Source of the DNA: Nanobdellati archaeon
GTDB lineage: Archaea; Nanobdellota; Nanobdellia; UBA10117
Length of the DNA: 64,000 bases
Assembly (NCBI GenBank): GCA_016182015.1
Contig: JACOYC010000012.1
Coordinates: 29,623 to 93,622, forward strand
Direction of reading: 5' to 3'
The notes under the pieces were generated by a model. It was not told where the DNA came from. It did not search any database and worked only from the letters and a program-made list of their open reading frames with translations. Numbering within the stretch: position 1 is the first letter of the stretch; each line of letters opens with the position of its first letter. Positions 46,940 to 58,033 of the stretch are shown here, piece after piece. A program made the translations under genes and the position numbers.

Positions 46940-49105
46940 TTGCTAAACCCAATTCATCCGAGAAACAGGAGGCAGAGGAATTTAGAGCGCTTGCAGGCAT
47001 ACGTATCAGGTGCGCTTGCCAGCGGAGTTTCAAAAGGCCGGCTGAAGAAAAGGCTGCTCCAGAGCGGGTGGGGAAGTGATGTTGTTTCAGGCGTTTTGCC
47101 GGATACAAAGCCGAGCTTGCCTGCGGTTATTGCCTTGATAGGGCTTGTCGTATTTTTTACAGGGTTAGCAGTATTTGCCGGCGGGCCAAAACTAACTGGG
47201 TTTTTTGCAGCCGGCGGGAGCGAGTGGGAAGCGCTAACAGAAATTAATGTAAATTCCAGTGTTCAGTCAGTACAGCATCTCGTAGTTTTTGGCAATTTCA
47301 AGCCGCAAAATTGCGCGGATGGCATACTTGTCCAAACTAGCGGCGCACCGATAAATTTCACAACGCAGTTTGAAACCGTGCAGAATAGCCAGTGCGTGAG
47401 CGCTGTAGCGAGTTTTAATAATATAATTTATGATCCAGATTCTAACGGAACGTTACAAGCAACATATAAAATTTATTACGGCAAAATTGTGCAGACTGTG
47501 ACATTTATTCCGCCTACGCCGGAAAATTATCAGATAGTAAATGGCAGCGCCTTTGCAGTCCGCGTGGCGCTAAGCCTGCCAGCAGTCGCGTGGCTCGAGC
47601 TTGATGGCGTAAATAAATCTATGACTGGCAATGGTACTGTGTGGTGGTCTGAGGAGAATCAGACCTTTGGCAACCATACGTTTATGGCACATACACAGCT
47701 TGCCAGCTCTGAGCAAAGGAGCATAACCACGCAGGCATCTGCTCCGGTTCCGGTTCAAGTGCAGTCACCCCCGCCAATTATTAATATAACTCTGGTTACG
47801 CCCACGCCGGCAAACCAATCTACACTGACAAAAAAAGAATTTACAGCTAATGTAACTTTCTCAGATATAGTTTACGGGCCAATGCTAGAACTAATATCTA
47901 ACAGGACCGGTGTGCCACAGTACCAGAATCTTTCGATGACTGGCGGCAATAAATCATGGATGCGCGATGTTACAAACCTGAACAACGGAGTTTATGAATT
48001 TGCAATTTATGCAAATAACACAAAAAGCGAGCCGCGTACAGTCACTGTAAATTATCAGGAGCCGCTGGCACAGCAGACCAAAAGTGCGACAATAACACAG
48101 TTCTCCGCAACAAGCCCAGAGTCGGCAGAGTCAGAAGTCCAGATAACTGCGGTCGTGAAAAATTCCGGGCAGGCAGAGATAAAAACAGTTTCAGGGACAG
48201 CAAGCATTTACAAGGGGACAGAACTTATGGCGGAGGTTTCCCTTGGCTCAGCAGGCAATATAACAATCGGAAATTCAGCGACACTGGCTGGAAAATGGAA
48301 GCCGCAGACCCTTGGAAAATACAAAGCAACTGTTGTTATAAAGTATGATAACGAGGAAGCCAAAGAAGCAGCTTCATTCAGCGTTGGCCTGGCCAATTTG
48401 GAAGCCGCACGGACATCAGTGTTCCAGACGCCCGACGGCAAGGCGGAATTTTTGGTAGAGTTAAACAATAAATGGGTTGAAGCGATACCCGTAGTCGCAG
48501 AATTCAAGATTAAATTTGGAGGCGCGGTAATCGAGACACTGAAATCAGAAGAAATTTCTGTGCCGCCTAACGGCGCCAAGGCAGCGTCTGTTGTCTGGGA
48601 CCCGGCTGGCAGGGATGTCAAGTCGCTTGGCGCAGAAATAACAGTAACATATTCTGGCAAGTCTATTACTGCAGTTATTGAGCCGGCAGCAAAGCCGCCT
48701 GCTGTCCAGCAAGAGGTCAAAGCTGAGGCAGAACAAGGACAGAAGCAGCAGGAGGAGTTAAAAGCAAACAGCGAACAGGAAAAAGCAACTTCCGGCCTGA
48801 CTGGCGCGTTCACCGCGATTAAAGCAGCAGACAAGAAGACTGCGGCGGTTGCGATTGCAGTGATTGCCGGCCTGTTTGGGGCGATTTTTTACGCAGTCAG
48901 GATGGATTTACTGCCTCAACTTGGAAAGCCAAAGAAACCAGCAGGGCCATGGCAGCAAGCTGCAAAGACTGGTGGCCAGCAGGCCGCTGCACAGCCGGGC
49001 AGCAAGGCTGCGTTATACAAGCAGTGGCACGATTATTACGAAGCCTATTACAAAAAATATTACCCGCAGTGGTACGAATATTTAAAGAGGAGCGGGAAGT
49101 TATAA
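46940..49105 (+). CDS. Surface protein with N- and C-terminal TM helices, Ig-like domains and a Tyr/Trp-rich tail
   Basis: AGGAGG SD plus TTG; two F/L..PTP.N repeats; TM helices; YKQWHDYYEAYYKKYYPQWYEY tail. Confidence 0.7.
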   Translation: MLNPIHPRNRRQRNLERLQAYVSGALASGVSKGRLKKRLLQSGWGSDVVSGVLPDTKPSLPAVIALIGLVVFFTGLAVFAGGPKLTGFFAAGGSEWEALTEINVNSSVQSVQHLVVFGNFKPQNCADGILVQTSGAPINFTTQFETVQNSQCVSAVASFNNIIYDPDSNGTLQATYKIYYGKIVQTVTFIPPTPENYQIVNGSAFAVRVALSLPAVAWLELDGVNKSMTGNGTVWWSEENQTFGNHTFMAHTQLASSEQRSITTQASAPVPVQVQSPPPIINITLVTPTPANQSTLTKKEFTANVTFSDIVYGPMLELISNRTGVPQYQNLSMTGGNKSWMRDVTNLNNGVYEFAIYANNTKSEPRTVTVNYQEPLAQQTKSATITQFSATSPESAESEVQITAVVKNSGQAEIKTVSGTASIYKGTELMAEVSLGSAGNITIGNSATLAGKWKPQTLGKYKATVVIKYDNEEAKEAASFSVGLANLEAARTSVFQTPDGKAEFLVELNNKWVEAIPVVAEFKIKFGGAVIETLKSEEISVPPNGAKAASVVWDPAGRDVKSLGAEITVTYSGKSITAVIEPAAKPPAVQQEVKAEAEQGQKQQEELKANSEQEKATSGLTGAFTAIKAADKKTAAVAIAVIAGLFGAIFYAVRMDLLPQLGKPKKPAGPWQQAAKTGGQQAAAQPGSKAALYKQWHDYYEAYYKKYYPQWYEYLKRSGKL

Positions 49106-49110
49106 TATTA

Positions 49111-50439
49111 CTAAATTAAACCGAGTTGTTTAAGTTCTCCGCGGATTGCCGTAGGATCTTCCCCGCCATGCCAGCTGTACTTTGGCCTGACTTGCATCGG
49201 GTAGATTTTTTCCAGCTTGTCGTCTATCAGGACTGCTGAGCCTTTGTCTGCAGGCAAGTCGTCTATGTAGCGCTGGATGTCAAAAGTAAGATAGGTGGCT
49301 GCAATTTCGTTTAACGCTGATAAGTCTATTTTTGAAGTGACTTTATGTGAGAGCACGATGTCGGCCTGCGTCATCACGTCAGTGTGAATTTTGCCAGGCT
49401 GCTGAGTTGCAAGCACGAGTGAGATTCCGGGTTGCCTGCCTTCGCGCAAAATCTGAATCAGCGCGTTAGACGCCAGGGTTTTTCCGGTTCGCGGTAGGAA
49501 TTCATGCGCTTCATCAATCATCATCCATACAAGCGGCGCTTCCTTTTCAGCGATTACAGATTTTTCTCCAAACAAAAAACCACCCTCGGAAATCAGTTTT
49601 ACTTCCTCTGCCTTTCGTGCGGCCATGCGCTGCGCGAGGATTTTCTTGCTGACTAAACCAATTACAAGCGCCTTCAGCCGCTCGCCATTTTCAACCTGCG
49701 CGTATGCCGAAAGGTCGAGAATTGTTGTTGTGCCGCTTTTTAACAAATCTAAAATTTCTGTGCCAGCCGCTTTGAATATACCCCAGCCGTCTGCGGCTAA
49801 AAACTTGTTTTTTAGAATCTGCTTCTCTTTTTTTTCTGCATCTTTGTCTGTTTCTAAAACGTTAATTAGTTCGCCAATTTCGAAAGTTCCCAGGTTTTCT
49901 TTAGCCTTTGTTACCGTGCGTTCAAGTAATACGCCAGCATCAGATAATAAATCAATTCCAAAAATTTCCGCCCAGTCGTCAGCAGATATTTCTGATGGCC
50001 TGATGGCAAAAGGCAGGTCGCACGGCACGCCTTTTTCTTGGTAAGAATCGAACAGGCCAAACGGAACAAAAATCACTGGGCTCAGGCCTTTGGGAGTCAA
50101 GCCCCATTCTTTTAGGATTTTGTCGTCTTTGTAATTTGGGTATTTCATCGTCCAGAAAATCCCCATCGTGTCAAAAATCAGGAATGATAAATTATTTTTT
50201 ATTTCGTCCGGCAAATCTGCAAGGCCTTCAGCAATTACGGAAATTGTGTAGCTTTTTCCTGTCCCGCGCTTGCCGCTTACTAATATAATATGCGGGCCAG
50301 CCACATCAAGATAAACGGGATTTGACAGCGCCTGAATCCGCTCCATCTGCACATAGTGCTTGCCAAGGAAGATTGTTCCTGCTAAACCTAAACGTTCTTT
50401 CTCCTTCGGGGACCTGCCCGCGATTATTTCGTATGCCAT
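49111..50439 (-). CDS. HerA/FtsK-superfamily ATPase (DUF87)
   Basis: GKRGTGKS, FDTMG, IDEAHEF, REGR.PG...LATQQPG. Confidence 0.88.
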   Translation of the reverse strand: MAYEIIAGRSPKEKERLGLAGTIFLGKHYVQMERIQALSNPVYLDVAGPHIILVSGKRGTGKSYTISVIAEGLADLPDEIKNNLSFLIFDTMGIFWTMKYPNYKDDKILKEWGLTPKGLSPVIFVPFGLFDSYQEKGVPCDLPFAIRPSEISADDWAEIFGIDLLSDAGVLLERTVTKAKENLGTFEIGELINVLETDKDAEKKEKQILKNKFLAADGWGIFKAAGTEILDLLKSGTTTILDLSAYAQVENGERLKALVIGLVSKKILAQRMAARKAEEVKLISEGGFLFGEKSVIAEKEAPLVWMMIDEAHEFLPRTGKTLASNALIQILREGRQPGISLVLATQQPGKIHTDVMTQADIVLSHKVTSKIDLSALNEIAATYLTFDIQRYIDDLPADKGSAVLIDDKLEKIYPMQVRPKYSWHGGEDPTAIRGELKQLGLI

Positions 50440-50535
50440 CGGTGACCGTGATTAGATTTAAAAGCTGAGAATAAAAGCTTTGTCTGTGCCGATAGCCCAA
50501 AAGCTGCGCTTTTGTGGAATCGTCACGCTCCGCGT

Positions 50536-50719
50536 GCCGACGTCGCTTAACCCGGTATAGCGCTGGTCTCGAAAACCAGTCCCGCAAGGGATTGCAGGTT
50601 CAAATCTAAGATCCAAGGGGGCGCTGCCCCCTTAGTTCTTAGTCACTTCTGATCCCCCGGTCGCATCGCTACGCGATGCAACTAAGGATTAGCAGTGAAG
50701 GAAAATCCTGCCGTCGGCG
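50536..50719 (+). tRNA. tRNA-Ser(CGA) with a 101-nt T-loop intron (50605-50705, position 59/60)
   Basis: Acceptor GCCGACG/CGTCGGC-G; anticodon arm CTGGT-CTCGAAA-ACCAG; long variable arm TCCC-GCAA-GGGA; T-arm GCAGG-TTCAAA|T-CCTGC split by the insert. Confidence 0.92.
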
Positions 50720-50814
50720 CTCAATTTTTTCATAATATAGAAATAAGGATTTTTTGATTTCAACCACAAACTATTTAAATGCCCGCAAGTATGTTTAACT
50801 TGAGGTAAATTAAA

Positions 50815-51285
50815 ATGGCCGCATGGTTAAGTGAAAAATCAGTAACAGTGTTAGCTGTATTAGTCGCCCTGGTAGCTGTAGGAGCACCTTTGCTTACAGG
50901 GAATACGGGAAGGTTGGCAATAGCTACGGGTACCAGTTCTCTGCCATTTGACTTTTCTGTAACAAATGTAAATGTGCCTGAGCCACAGTACTCGTATTAC
51001 CCTGTCAGGGGCATTACTGCTACTTTCAGGAATACCGGGCCAATAAGCTTTGGCTTTGTAAATTACAAGATGGAAATATCCAGTTCCAAGGGCCATTATT
51101 ACAGAGACGGTGTTGGAACTGTCACGCTGCCTGCCCGCGGTTCGGCGTCAGCAGAGATGCCAGCGGTGCATGACTTGCCAGCCGGCGAGTATAATGTCAA
51201 GGTCACAATAGATTACCTTGGCGAGCACAGCGAGACAGATGAATCAAATAACGCGTTCACAACAAAGCTCGTGATAAAAGGCTGA
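50815..51285 (+). CDS. Secreted or anchored CARDB (Ig-like) domain protein
   Basis: Hydrophobic N-terminus; DFSV, NTG, LPAGEY.VKVTID...E.DESNN. Confidence 0.8.
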   Translation: MAAWLSEKSVTVLAVLVALVAVGAPLLTGNTGRLAIATGTSSLPFDFSVTNVNVPEPQYSYYPVRGITATFRNTGPISFGFVNYKMEISSSKGHYYRDGVGTVTLPARGSASAEMPAVHDLPAGEYNVKVTIDYLGEHSETDESNNAFTTKLVIKG

Positions 51286-51366
51286 TTTTTTCCATTTTTT
51301 GTTTTTTTAAGTCCGATAGAAAGCCCCAGATAGTTTTATAAACAAGTATTTCAAGTGCTGAATGTA

Positions 51367-51828
51367 ATGGCCACATACGAGAAATATATTGCAGCCTTAG
51401 CGGCAGTATTTTTGCTGGCCAACATCAGCCATAATTTTTTGGCCGCAGGCAGCGCAACAGTAAAAACGCCGGTTGATTTTTCTATTCAGGCGTTGTATTA
51501 CCCGAAAATAATGCTGCCGAACACGCATATCACTACGAGGGCAATTTTATCTAACAAGGGCACGCAGTCCGCTTCTTTTGTAACGTATGATTACCGTATT
51601 TTTGACGAGCGCGGCGCGGAAGTATACAGGAGTTCCGATGGGTCATACATACAGGTTTTGCCGGCGAGCACGGAGGTTTCAAGATATCTGAGCACGGTGA
51701 TGTTTCAGAAGGCTGGCAAGTACAGAGTTCGCGTGACTATTGATTCTGAAAAGCGGTTTGATGAGACAGATGAGACTAATAATATATATGAAACAACAAT
51801 AACAGTTACAGATTCTTTGCCGAAGTGA
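51367..51828 (+). CDS. CARDB domain protein
   Basis: MATYEK plus TM; AGKYRVRVTIDSEKRFDETDETNN. Confidence 0.8.
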   Translation: MATYEKYIAALAAVFLLANISHNFLAAGSATVKTPVDFSIQALYYPKIMLPNTHITTRAILSNKGTQSASFVTYDYRIFDERGAEVYRSSDGSYIQVLPASTEVSRYLSTVMFQKAGKYRVRVTIDSEKRFDETDETNNIYETTITVTDSLPK

Positions 51829-54800
51829 TAGAAATGGAAAAACATAAAAAAACCAAAATAGCCGCTTTGTTTCTGATAGTTCCGATAATTTTCCTCTGGC
51901 CGCTGTCCATTGCAACGTTACAAGAGTCAGATCTATCTTTTTTTGCGAAGGGCAAGGATGATTCTGGTGTAGGTTCATCCTCGTCCGGGTCCTCTGGACC
52001 GTCAGCACCATCTTCCCCAGCCATAGCTTCTGAGCCATCAGCACCGGCCTCGCCGTTAGAATCAGCATCTTCTGATACCAGTGAGGCAGAAAGCAGTTCC
52101 GCATCCTCGGGGCAGGCAGAATCTTCAGGCGGGAAGGCAGGCAAGGAAAAATCAGAATCTGGCGGTGAAGCGCAGTTAACACCTTCCGAGGAAAAAACAG
52201 AAGCCAAGGAAGAAAAAGTTAAAGAGGAAAAAGTAAAAGAGACCAAGGAAGAATCAGCAGAAGCAAAGGAGGAGAAAAAATCCGAAGCGCGCGAGAGCGC
52301 AGTCATGGGGCCGGCCGCAAATGAAATTGCAACTGTCAACGAAGTTGCTGCCGAAGTTGTGGCGACAGACCCCGGTGTTACACCTGACTCTCCAGTTTAC
52401 AAATTAGAAATAGCTGCAGAACAGATACAGGACTCTGCAGTGAATAATCCTGAAAAGAAGGCGGAAGTAGCCGCCGAACGCGCAGAGGAGCGGCTGGCCG
52501 AAGCAAAAGCAGTTGAGGAAAAAGGAGACTACAAATCAACAGGGGTTGCGCTGGAAAAAGCGCAGGAGAGCGTAGAGGCAATCTCGCGGGCCGTGGATGC
52601 AGTTCCAAAGAGCGAGGAAAAAATTGAGGCTGCAAATAAAATAGAAAAACACGCGCTTCAGCTCGAGGACTATGCTGAGAGCGTAAAAGATAAGCTAGAG
52701 GAAAAAGTAAAATCCGGCGATGCGCCGCCCGAAGCGGTTGATGCTTTGGACAGTGTAAAAGAGCTTGAGGCCGCAGCAGTCGAGGCGCAATACAGAGCCG
52801 AAAAAACAAAAGATAAAATTGCAGACAAAATAAGGGAAGAGCAGGGCGTTACAAAACAGGAGGCAGAGCTGATCGTCGAGCAGAAATCCGATGAGTCCGG
52901 GCTTACAGAACTGCAAAAGGAAAAAGTTGCGGATGATTTTGAAAAAATCCGCGAGAAAATAGAAAAACTTGACGAGCGCGCGGGCGCAGTTGAGGAAGCC
53001 AAAAATGAGAAGCCTGCCGAAAAAACAAAGGAAGCGATTTCTGATAATTTTGATGATTTGAAAACTGTGCTGAAGGATACAAAAGACTCGCTGAAGGATG
53101 TTGCTGAGGAGCGCATCCCTGAAATCGAGCAGCAGTTTGCGGAAATAGATTCGAAAGTAAAGAGTGCTGAGGAAAAGAGCAGCAAGGATGCTGGCGAGAA
53201 GCCTGCTGAAGAGGTTAGCGCTCAGCTGGCCAGCGATTTCTCCGAGATGAAAAATAAAGTTGGCATAGCAGAGGAAGAAATAACAAAAGCTGCAGATGCA
53301 GAAATTTCAGTGCAGTTTGGCGAAGTTAACGATAAAATAGAAAAAGCAGAAAAGAAGGCGAAAGAGACTGCAGAGGAAGATGAGAAGGCGCAGATAGAGC
53401 AACAGTTTTCAAAATTAAAAGACGAAGTCGATAAAGCCGAGAAAAAAATCAAAGGTAAAGAAACGGCCCTGCAGGAAGAAGCAGCGATAGCTGTTGAAAC
53501 AAATTTTAATGAGATTAACAATAAAATTGAGACTGTAGAGGCCAACGTTGAAGAAATAAAATCTGCAGACGCTGAGGTTGCATCTGAATTTGCAGGCCTT
53601 AAAGACGCGGTTGAGCAGGCCGAAGGTGCAGTTGCTGAAGCGGCCAAGCCGGAAGACAGGGGCAAGGTTGCATCTGAATTTGAAAAAATAAAAAAAGAAG
53701 TTGAAGATGCCGAGAAAAAAACTGGCGAGGCAGCCGGAGAAAAAACATCTGAGGAAATAAAATCTGAAATCGCAAAAGAGTTCGATGATGTAAGCAAAAA
53801 GATAGATGAAGCAGAGCACAGCATAAAAGCGGCCAAGTCGGCATAAAAGCGGCCAAGCCGGCAACGGCTGAAATTGCAAAGGAATTTGACGAGCTGAAAG
53901 GCAAGGCTGATAAGGCTGAGGAAAAAGTAAAAACCGAGAAAGCGGCAGACGTAGAGCTTAAAAAAGAATTCGAAGAGCTGGTGATAAAGTCATCAGAAGC
54001 TGAAGAAAAAATAAATGAAAAAAAATTAGAAAAGGCGGAAATTAAAAATAATTTTGATAAAGCTAAGGATGAAATAATTAATATTGAACGCAGTGTCCAG
54101 GCTGAACTTGTACCGGAAACTGTGGCTGTGCCGGAGGTTCCGGATGTTGTTGCTGACCTAATCGAGGAAGCAAAAACGCAGCTGCAGGTATCAGAAAGTG
54201 CTTTTGAAACCAAGCAGGCAGGCAAGGCCTACAAAGAGCTCAAGGGCGCAGAATTTATGGCAAACAGCGCAGAAAAAGTTTTGGATTCGTTGTCCGGTGA
54301 TTTTGAAATAAAGGAAAAAGCAGAGAAGATAGAAAAGTCCGCGGAGAAAGCCGACAGGGATGCGGAAAAAGAGGTGAAGGAGCGCGTTGATGATATAAAA
54401 GAGAAACTTAGCAAGGCCGAGGAAAAGGCGGTAGAAGTGGCAGAGCCGAAAGACAAGGCAGACCTAGCCAAGGAATTTAAAGAAACAAGGGACAGGCTTG
54501 ACGGAGCCGAGAAAAAAATCAAAGATGATGTCCGCAACAAGCCGGCCGAAGAGGCTGGCCCAGAAGTCGCGGCCGAGCTTGCAGATGTAAAAGATAAAAT
54601 TGACAAAGTGGAAGAAAAAGCCAGAGAAAAAATCAAAGGCAAGGAAATTGATGACGTAGTGCAGGAGCTGGCCAGCGCAAAAGACAAGGCAGACAAGGCG
54701 GAAGACAAGATAATAGAAAAGGCGGCCAGAGCTGAAGAAAATAAGGACAAGGTTGACAAGGCGTTTAAAGAAATTGAGACGCCGCTGTCTGTGACTGACG

Positions 54801-56476
54801 TTTTGAACGAGCTTAGCAAGGTAAAAAGAGACGCTGACGAAGACAAGGCCAAGAGAATAAAAGACGCAGAGGATTTTTCAGTTGATTATGAAGCTGCAAA
54901 GGAAAAGCTGGACAAAGAACATCCGGGCAAAAAAGATGCCTTTGAGAAAGAGTACGCGCAGTCCAAGAAAGTCCTTGAGATAAATGAGAAGCTTGATGCG
55001 GATAATGCAAAAGAACTGAAGGAGCTGCGGGAAGACCTGAAGGCAGAGACAAAGGACGAAGCAAAAGCAGAGAAAGAGGCAGAAAAGCTGCTTAAGAAAA
55101 GCGCTGCAGATGAGTTCCGCAAGGCATACGGCGAAGAGTTTTTGCCGCCAGGCATCAGCCTGAAACACGAGGGCGACAAGGAAAATGGCAAGCTGGATGA
55201 AAAGTTCGAAGCAAAAGAGGCAGGCCATGTTAAAGGGTACAAATACAAGGATGATGCTGCTACCGGCTATGAATATGAGTTTACTTCTGACGGATATAAA
55301 TTCAAGACGCCGCGCGGCAATGAATATGAAGTGAAGTACGACTCGGATTTTGTGCCGCCAGATGGATATGAAACCGGAAATGAAATGCATAAGTTCAAAG
55401 CCAAAACCCTGAAGGGCAAGGCAGAATATATATTTGTGCCGACTGGATACAAGGTAAAAACAAAAAGCAAGGAAAAGGCAGGCGCCTACGATGTTGGTGA
55501 ATATGAAGTGAACGGCGGCGGCAAGATAAAAATAAGGCCGACTGGTTACTCACTTGAGAAAGACGGAAAAGTGAAAGCAGAAAAAGAGAAGGCAGTAAAG
55601 GAAAAGAAGGAGAAAGTAAAGAGCGAGAAGAAAGAGAAAGATGAGAAAGCGAAGGAGGAGCGCGTAGCAAAGGAGAAGAAAATTAAACTAGAGAAGGAAG
55701 CCAAAATTAAGGCGGTAAAAGAAAAATCAGAAACTGCAAAAGAAAAGAAAGAGCGCGAAGTGAAGGAGAAAAAAGTAAAAGGAGAAAATGAAAAGAGGGA
55801 TAAGAAGCTAAAAGAGGAAAAAATAAAGAAAGAGAAGGAAGATAAAGACAAGAAAGAAAAAGAAGTGAAAGAAAAGAAGGCCAAGAAAGAAAAAGAAGAA
55901 AAAAAGGTGAAGGAAGAAAAGATAGTCAAGTACAAATATAATCCAAAATCAAAGAAATATGTTTCGGCAGGCGGGCGCGTGTTTGTGCCGCCGCAGGGGG
56001 CAAGCCTGCATGAGCAAGCCAAGTACCTGCCAGATAAAAACGTATATGAACTTAAGGTAAACGGCGATGTTTGGACTTACGATCCTGTTACAGATGCATG
56101 GACATCGAAAAGCGGCGAGGCTGATCAGGACGTTACGCCGGCGATTTTAGTTGATTTCGGAGTTGACGATGTTAGCAGGCCGGGCGTGACTTCGCCGCAG
56201 GCCGCGACAGCTTCTGTTAAGAACATTGGCACTGCCACAGCTACAGCAGTACATTACAAGTACGAAATAGTCGCAGCTAACGGCGCAGTAAAGTATTCAA
56301 CAACCGGCGATATAACTGCGGTGCCATCTGACAGCTCAGTGCTTGTAAGGACTGCAACAGATTCTGGACTAAGCCCCGGGGCATACAAGCTTAAGTTCAC
56401 AGTGGACTCTGACGGCAAGTTTGACGAAGGCGACGAAAACGATAACGTCTTTGAGAAGGAGCTGATTGTGGCCTAA
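51825..56476 (+). pseudogene. Giant (about 1540 aa) secreted protein: DUF5667-like domain, coiled-coil repeats, K/E tract and C-terminal CARDB; frameshifted by a 20-bp tandem duplication
   Basis: PGVTPDSPVY...ERAEERLAEA. GCATAAAAGCGGCCAAG[T/C]CG occurs twice at 53821-53860; removing one copy joins ORFs 51825-53846 and 53981-56476 in one open frame. Confidence 0.85.
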
Positions 56477-56518
56477 GAAAAGGTTAAATAGTGCGCAGCG
56501 GTAGTTGGTTAATTGAAA

Positions 56519-56930
56519 ATGGCCACATACGAAAAAATATCGGCAGTGCTGGCAATATTTTTAGTAATAGGAATTGCCGGCTACTCATTTTACGGCAACT
56601 CAACGCAGGGCGCGGCCGCAGCAGGCTATTACGAGTTTTCCATCAAAAGTCTTGACTTCCCGGAGAAGATAACTAAGGATAATCCGTTCAAGGCGAACGC
56701 GACCTTTGTGAATTCCGGCACGCTGACCGCCTCGTTTGTTGCATACGACTATGAAATTTTTGATTCCCGCGGGGCGTATGCATACCGCAGCAGAATTGCA
56801 GAAGCTGCAGCCAGCAGTCTACTTAACAAATGGCACTTACTTTGTCAGGCTGACATTAGATTCAGAAAATCATTTTAGCGAGGATAATAAATCAGATAAT
56901 AAAATTGTGACAAACATACGAGTATACTAG
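56519..56930 (+). pseudogene. CARDB domain protein, frameshifted near 56790
   Basis: Frame 1 runs MATYEK...YRS; frame 2 reads GTYFVRLTLDSEN.FSE.NKSDN. About 10 codons shorter than its paralogues. Confidence 0.8.
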
Positions 56931-56950
56931 GAGTATACTGGCAGTATACT
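56921..56950. repeat. Three palindromic AGTATACT 8-mers at 11-bp period
   Basis: Copies at 56921, 56932 and 56943. Confidence 0.8.
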
Positions 56951-57071
56951 TGAGATGATACGAATTGTTTAGCTGTGCGCTTTCTAAAGAGTAAAAAGCT
57001 TTTTAAATAACACAATTCATGTTAAACATAACGCGGAACAAGTTCCGCGGATTTGCTCACGGAGTTCGCAA

Positions 57072-57515
57072 ATGGCCACAAATGAAGGTTTAGTTACAAT
57101 TATAGCCGTGCTTGCAGTCCTTGTGTCTGTCGGGCTTGGTTCTGTTTCTGAAGGCGTGTCGGGGAGCGCGGTTGCAGATATTTCAGAGCTCTCTGTTAAA
57201 TCTATTTCTATTCAGCCGCAGGCATATGCCGGCCAGACGATACGCGGGACAGCAATTTTTTCCAACACCGGAGGTTTGAGCGCGAGCTTTGTCCAATACA
57301 AATACGAATGGATAAATGAATATGGGAATGCACTTTTTACAACAAGCGATAAACTCGCGTTGATTGCAGGCCGCGATACCGATGTTACTCTGAAGGATGT
57401 TGAAGGCCTGCCGGCAGGCAAGTATGCAGTCCGCATCACAGTTGACCATCTGAAGGAATTTTCTGAACTTGATGAAACTAATAATGTTTATGAAACAAGT
57501 GTGACGGTATTATGA
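57072..57515 (+). CDS. CARDB domain protein
   Basis: TM; FSNTG..SASFV.Y.YE; LPAGKY.VRITVD...FSELDETNN. Confidence 0.8.
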   Translation: MATNEGLVTIIAVLAVLVSVGLGSVSEGVSGSAVADISELSVKSISIQPQAYAGQTIRGTAIFSNTGGLSASFVQYKYEWINEYGNALFTTSDKLALIAGRDTDVTLKDVEGLPAGKYAVRITVDHLKEFSELDETNNVYETSVTVL

Positions 57516-57949
57516 AACAGGCAACAATTGCATGGATCGCGATAGCTGTTTTCCTTGGCGCGTTTGGCGGGCCATTGCTGACCGGCCAGCACAGCGCCAG
57601 CACAGCAGTAAGCCCGCTTGACTTTTCGGTTAAATCCGTAACTTACTCAGACACAAAGGCAGGCCTGCCGTTTACAGCAACAATTGTTTTTTCAAACTCA
57701 GGTTCGATAAGCGCGAGCTATGCAAAATATAATTATGAAGTCTTTGGCGAATTTGGAAATTTGTTTTACTCAAATACTGATTATGTGCAAGTCCTGCCAG
57801 TCGGCGGGGACGCAACAGTAACAACGCCAGCTTATGTTACGATGCCAGCAGGCAAGTACACAGTTCGCGTAACGATAGACAGCGACAAAAATTTTGACGA
57901 ACTGGATGAGACAAATAATAAGTGGGAAGAAAGCTTGGTGATTAAATAG
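57512..57949 (+). CDS. CARDB domain protein
   Basis: TM plus LLTG; PAGKYTVRVTIDSDKNFDELDETNN. Confidence 0.8.
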   Translation: MKQATIAWIAIAVFLGAFGGPLLTGQHSASTAVSPLDFSVKSVTYSDTKAGLPFTATIVFSNSGSISASYAKYNYEVFGEFGNLFYSNTDYVQVLPVGGDATVTTPAYVTMPAGKYTVRVTIDSDKNFDELDETNNKWEESLVIK

Positions 57950-58033
57950 GCCTTTAGTTTTTTATTTAGTTTTTTTGGCACGTTAGTATGTAACCGCAAG
58001 CTATATAAATAGTCTTTTACATATAAATATAAA

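Noticed and set aside
49111-50439. HerA-like ATPase as part of a defence or NurA repair operon
   Set aside because: No nuclease, Sir2, nurA, mre11 or rad50 neighbour in the window.
51679-56022. Long minus-strand ORFs opposite the giant surface gene
   Set aside because: Shadow frames with no protein motifs.
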